Assembly (NCBI RefSeq): GCF_001194135.2
Contig: NC_068990.1
Coordinates: 79,580,415-79,644,414, forward strand
Length of the DNA: 64,000 nt
Direction of reading: 5' to 3'
From: Octopus bimaculoides
Lineage: Eukaryota
Shown in pieces: positions 61,960-64,000 of this stretch. The notes beneath the pieces are model-generated. The model was given only the letters and a program-made list of their open reading frames with translations. It was not told where the DNA came from and made no database searches. Made by a program: the position numbers and the translations under genes. Positions within the stretch are counted from its first letter, which is position 1. The number at the start of each line of letters is the position of its first letter.

Positions 61960-62960
61960 TAATACAAGCCATGTTCAGGGGTGTTGTCAATAGAGTGAGA
62001 GTTAGCCATGCAGCAGAGTGGTGAGTTTCGAATACAAGTAGACGTTGACCACGGATCAATTCCCTGTCCTCTCTTTTTCATCATTATTCTCCTGGCCATA
62101 ATAAAGGAATAAAAATGCCCTTGAAAACTGTTATCTGCAGATTACCTCATTCTCAAAGTAGAATCTATATTAGAATCAGGAAAGGAATTTCAGGTGTGAA
62201 AGCATACCAGGAATTAAAAGGCCTTAACTTAGCAAAGTTCTGGTAAGCAAGAAAATGGACGAGACCCCCAGCCAACCTCAGGTAAATAACACTGGCTATT
62301 TACCTGAAGGTAGGAAGGGTGAAGGCAGAAATTCCATACAGTGTATCCAGTGCAAACTATGGATGCACATGAAGGGCTGTGGAATCATGGAAAGGTTAAG
62401 AGAGAAGATAGTGTTTGTATGTGGTTGATGTGTTGGAGCAATAAATACTAGAGACACATGGGAAATAGATTTTCTTAAATGCCCTGAAGGCCCCCTAGAG
62501 GTAGTAGAAAGTTTTACTTAGCTAGGTGACCTAATTATCAGTGAAGGTGGATGTTTTGAAAGTATTGTTTCCTGTGTAGGAATCTCAATGCTACATGGTA
62601 GTGAGATGTGGGCCATGAATGCAGAGGACATACAAAAACTAGAGGAGGATGAAGCTAGTATGCCCCACTGGATCTGCAATCTCAGAGCAGCAATGTGTTG
62701 AGAGAAGAGTTAGGCATTCATGGAATTAAATGTAGGAATTAAATGTAGTGTACAAGAGAGAAGAATGCACTGGTTTGATGCATATGGATGAGGATAGTTG
62801 TAAATAGAAGTTCATGTTATTTAAAGTGAATGGAACTTGTAAAAGAGGGAAAGTCAGGGAGACATGGGACGAAGTAGTGAAGGTGGATCTCGGAGCACTG
62901 AGTCTCATGTAGATGACAAAGGCTCAGAATGATTGGTGATTTACTATGCTGAAGAAGACT
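61960..62960 (+). mobile_element. RTE LINE 3' half, degraded
   Basis: Remnants of GSVLSPLLFII, SIQCIQCKLW.H, LEVV.SF.YLGD, MLHGSE.WA, R.HWF, GK.R.TWDEVV with many frameshifts. Confidence 0.8.
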
Positions 62961-63439
62961 CAACCACCGTGGTTAAAATGAAGATAGGGATGCAATAATG
63001 GTAGATAGAATAAATTCATGCAGAGTTAAAATTTTTAGGATGTGTAATTTGGATATCAGCACTTAAAGGTGACTCTTTAATATTGGCTTGAATACCAACT
63101 AATCCTAGGAGCAATAGCAAAGTTCTTACATTCTTCAGTAGACACAAGAGCTAATTCACTTTCATCAGCAGTAATTTTCATAGAACACTGAAAGGCGTTC
63201 CCAGTGATTGTCAAATCATATATTTTTGATGTTTTCATCGCCTATTCAGTCATAGTTGGTATTTTCTAATAAACAAATTTCCTTTATTCATTCATGTTTG
63301 GCCTGTAGTATTGTCTGCACATTGCTGGTATTGTATAGTGGTATGGGAAAATATTTGATAAAGGCATACCATATTATAATGTGACAATATGTGATATTAT
63401 GTGATATTATGTGTGATATTATGGATTAATATGTAATGT

Positions 63440-63662
63440 TACTTTTAAGGTGGCAAGCTAGCAGAATCATTAGCATGCCAGGCAAAATGCTTAGCGGTAT
63501 TTCATTCATCTTTAGATTCTAAATTCAAATTCTGCCGAGGTCAGCTTTGCCATTCATCCTTTTTGGGGTCAATGAAATAAGTACCAGTTACACACTGGGG
63601 TTGATGTAATTGACTTACCTCCTCCCCCAAAATTGTTGGCCTTGTGCCAAAATTTGAAACCG
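63440..63662 (+). mobile_element. Family B SINE
   Basis: ggcaagctagcagaatc head, aaattcaaattctgcc B box, ttcatcctttttggggtc..aagtaccag body. Confidence 0.75.
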
Positions 63663-64000
63663 CTATGTAATATTATATGATAATGTAACAATATTTGATA
63701 ACACATGATAATAGGCTAATACTTGCGATAAAGTTATCATGTGATGATAATGTTTGATAATATTTGGTAATATATTTAAAATGTGTGACATTCAGTGGTT
63801 TTTGTGTAAAAATGGAATATGTGATAATACGAGGTGTTTGAGGTAAATTTTATGATTCTTTTAATATCTCCTTTTTTGAGGAACAGGTCGATTGTTTTAG
63901 TGAACAGTCTGTGGTGTTGGAGAGCATAAAGATTCTCATTGTAGCTGAGAAAAAGTTAGCTGACATGGAGGACTGGAAACCATCTGAATATAGGGAAAGA

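Overview
Eukaryotic, AT-rich, repeat-dense scaffold with several N gaps. The SINE repertoire, including a tRNA-Arg-derived head and a CORE-like body, suggests an octopus/coleoid genome (inference). Two host genes are supported. (1) On the + strand, five splice-consistent coding exons of a FAAP100-like gene (2491-9530; its 5' exon(s) lie upstream or are not identifiable). (2) On the - strand, a single-coding-exon CD225/dispanin-family gene (44767-45300), with a candidate promoter/first exon near 58.2-58.4 kb. The rest is mobile DNA: a decayed piggyBac element joined in frame to a Helitron fragment, a gag-pol LTR retrotransposon (DIRS1-like RNase H signature but DDE integrase), Penelope, RTE and Gypsy fragments, piggyBac- and mariner-derived MITEs, and several SINE families, one stacked about 12 times head-to-tail. 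The most interesting signal is a tRNA-headed SINE whose 3' half carries a minimal hammerhead ribozyme motif. It occurs once with an intact cleavage site and once as a head-to-head ~225-bp-arm palindrome with both ribozymes disabled. A separate minimal hammerhead lies at 28.7 kb. All identifications come from reading motifs by eye; no searches were run, and repeat boundaries are approximate unless a terminal motif is quoted.
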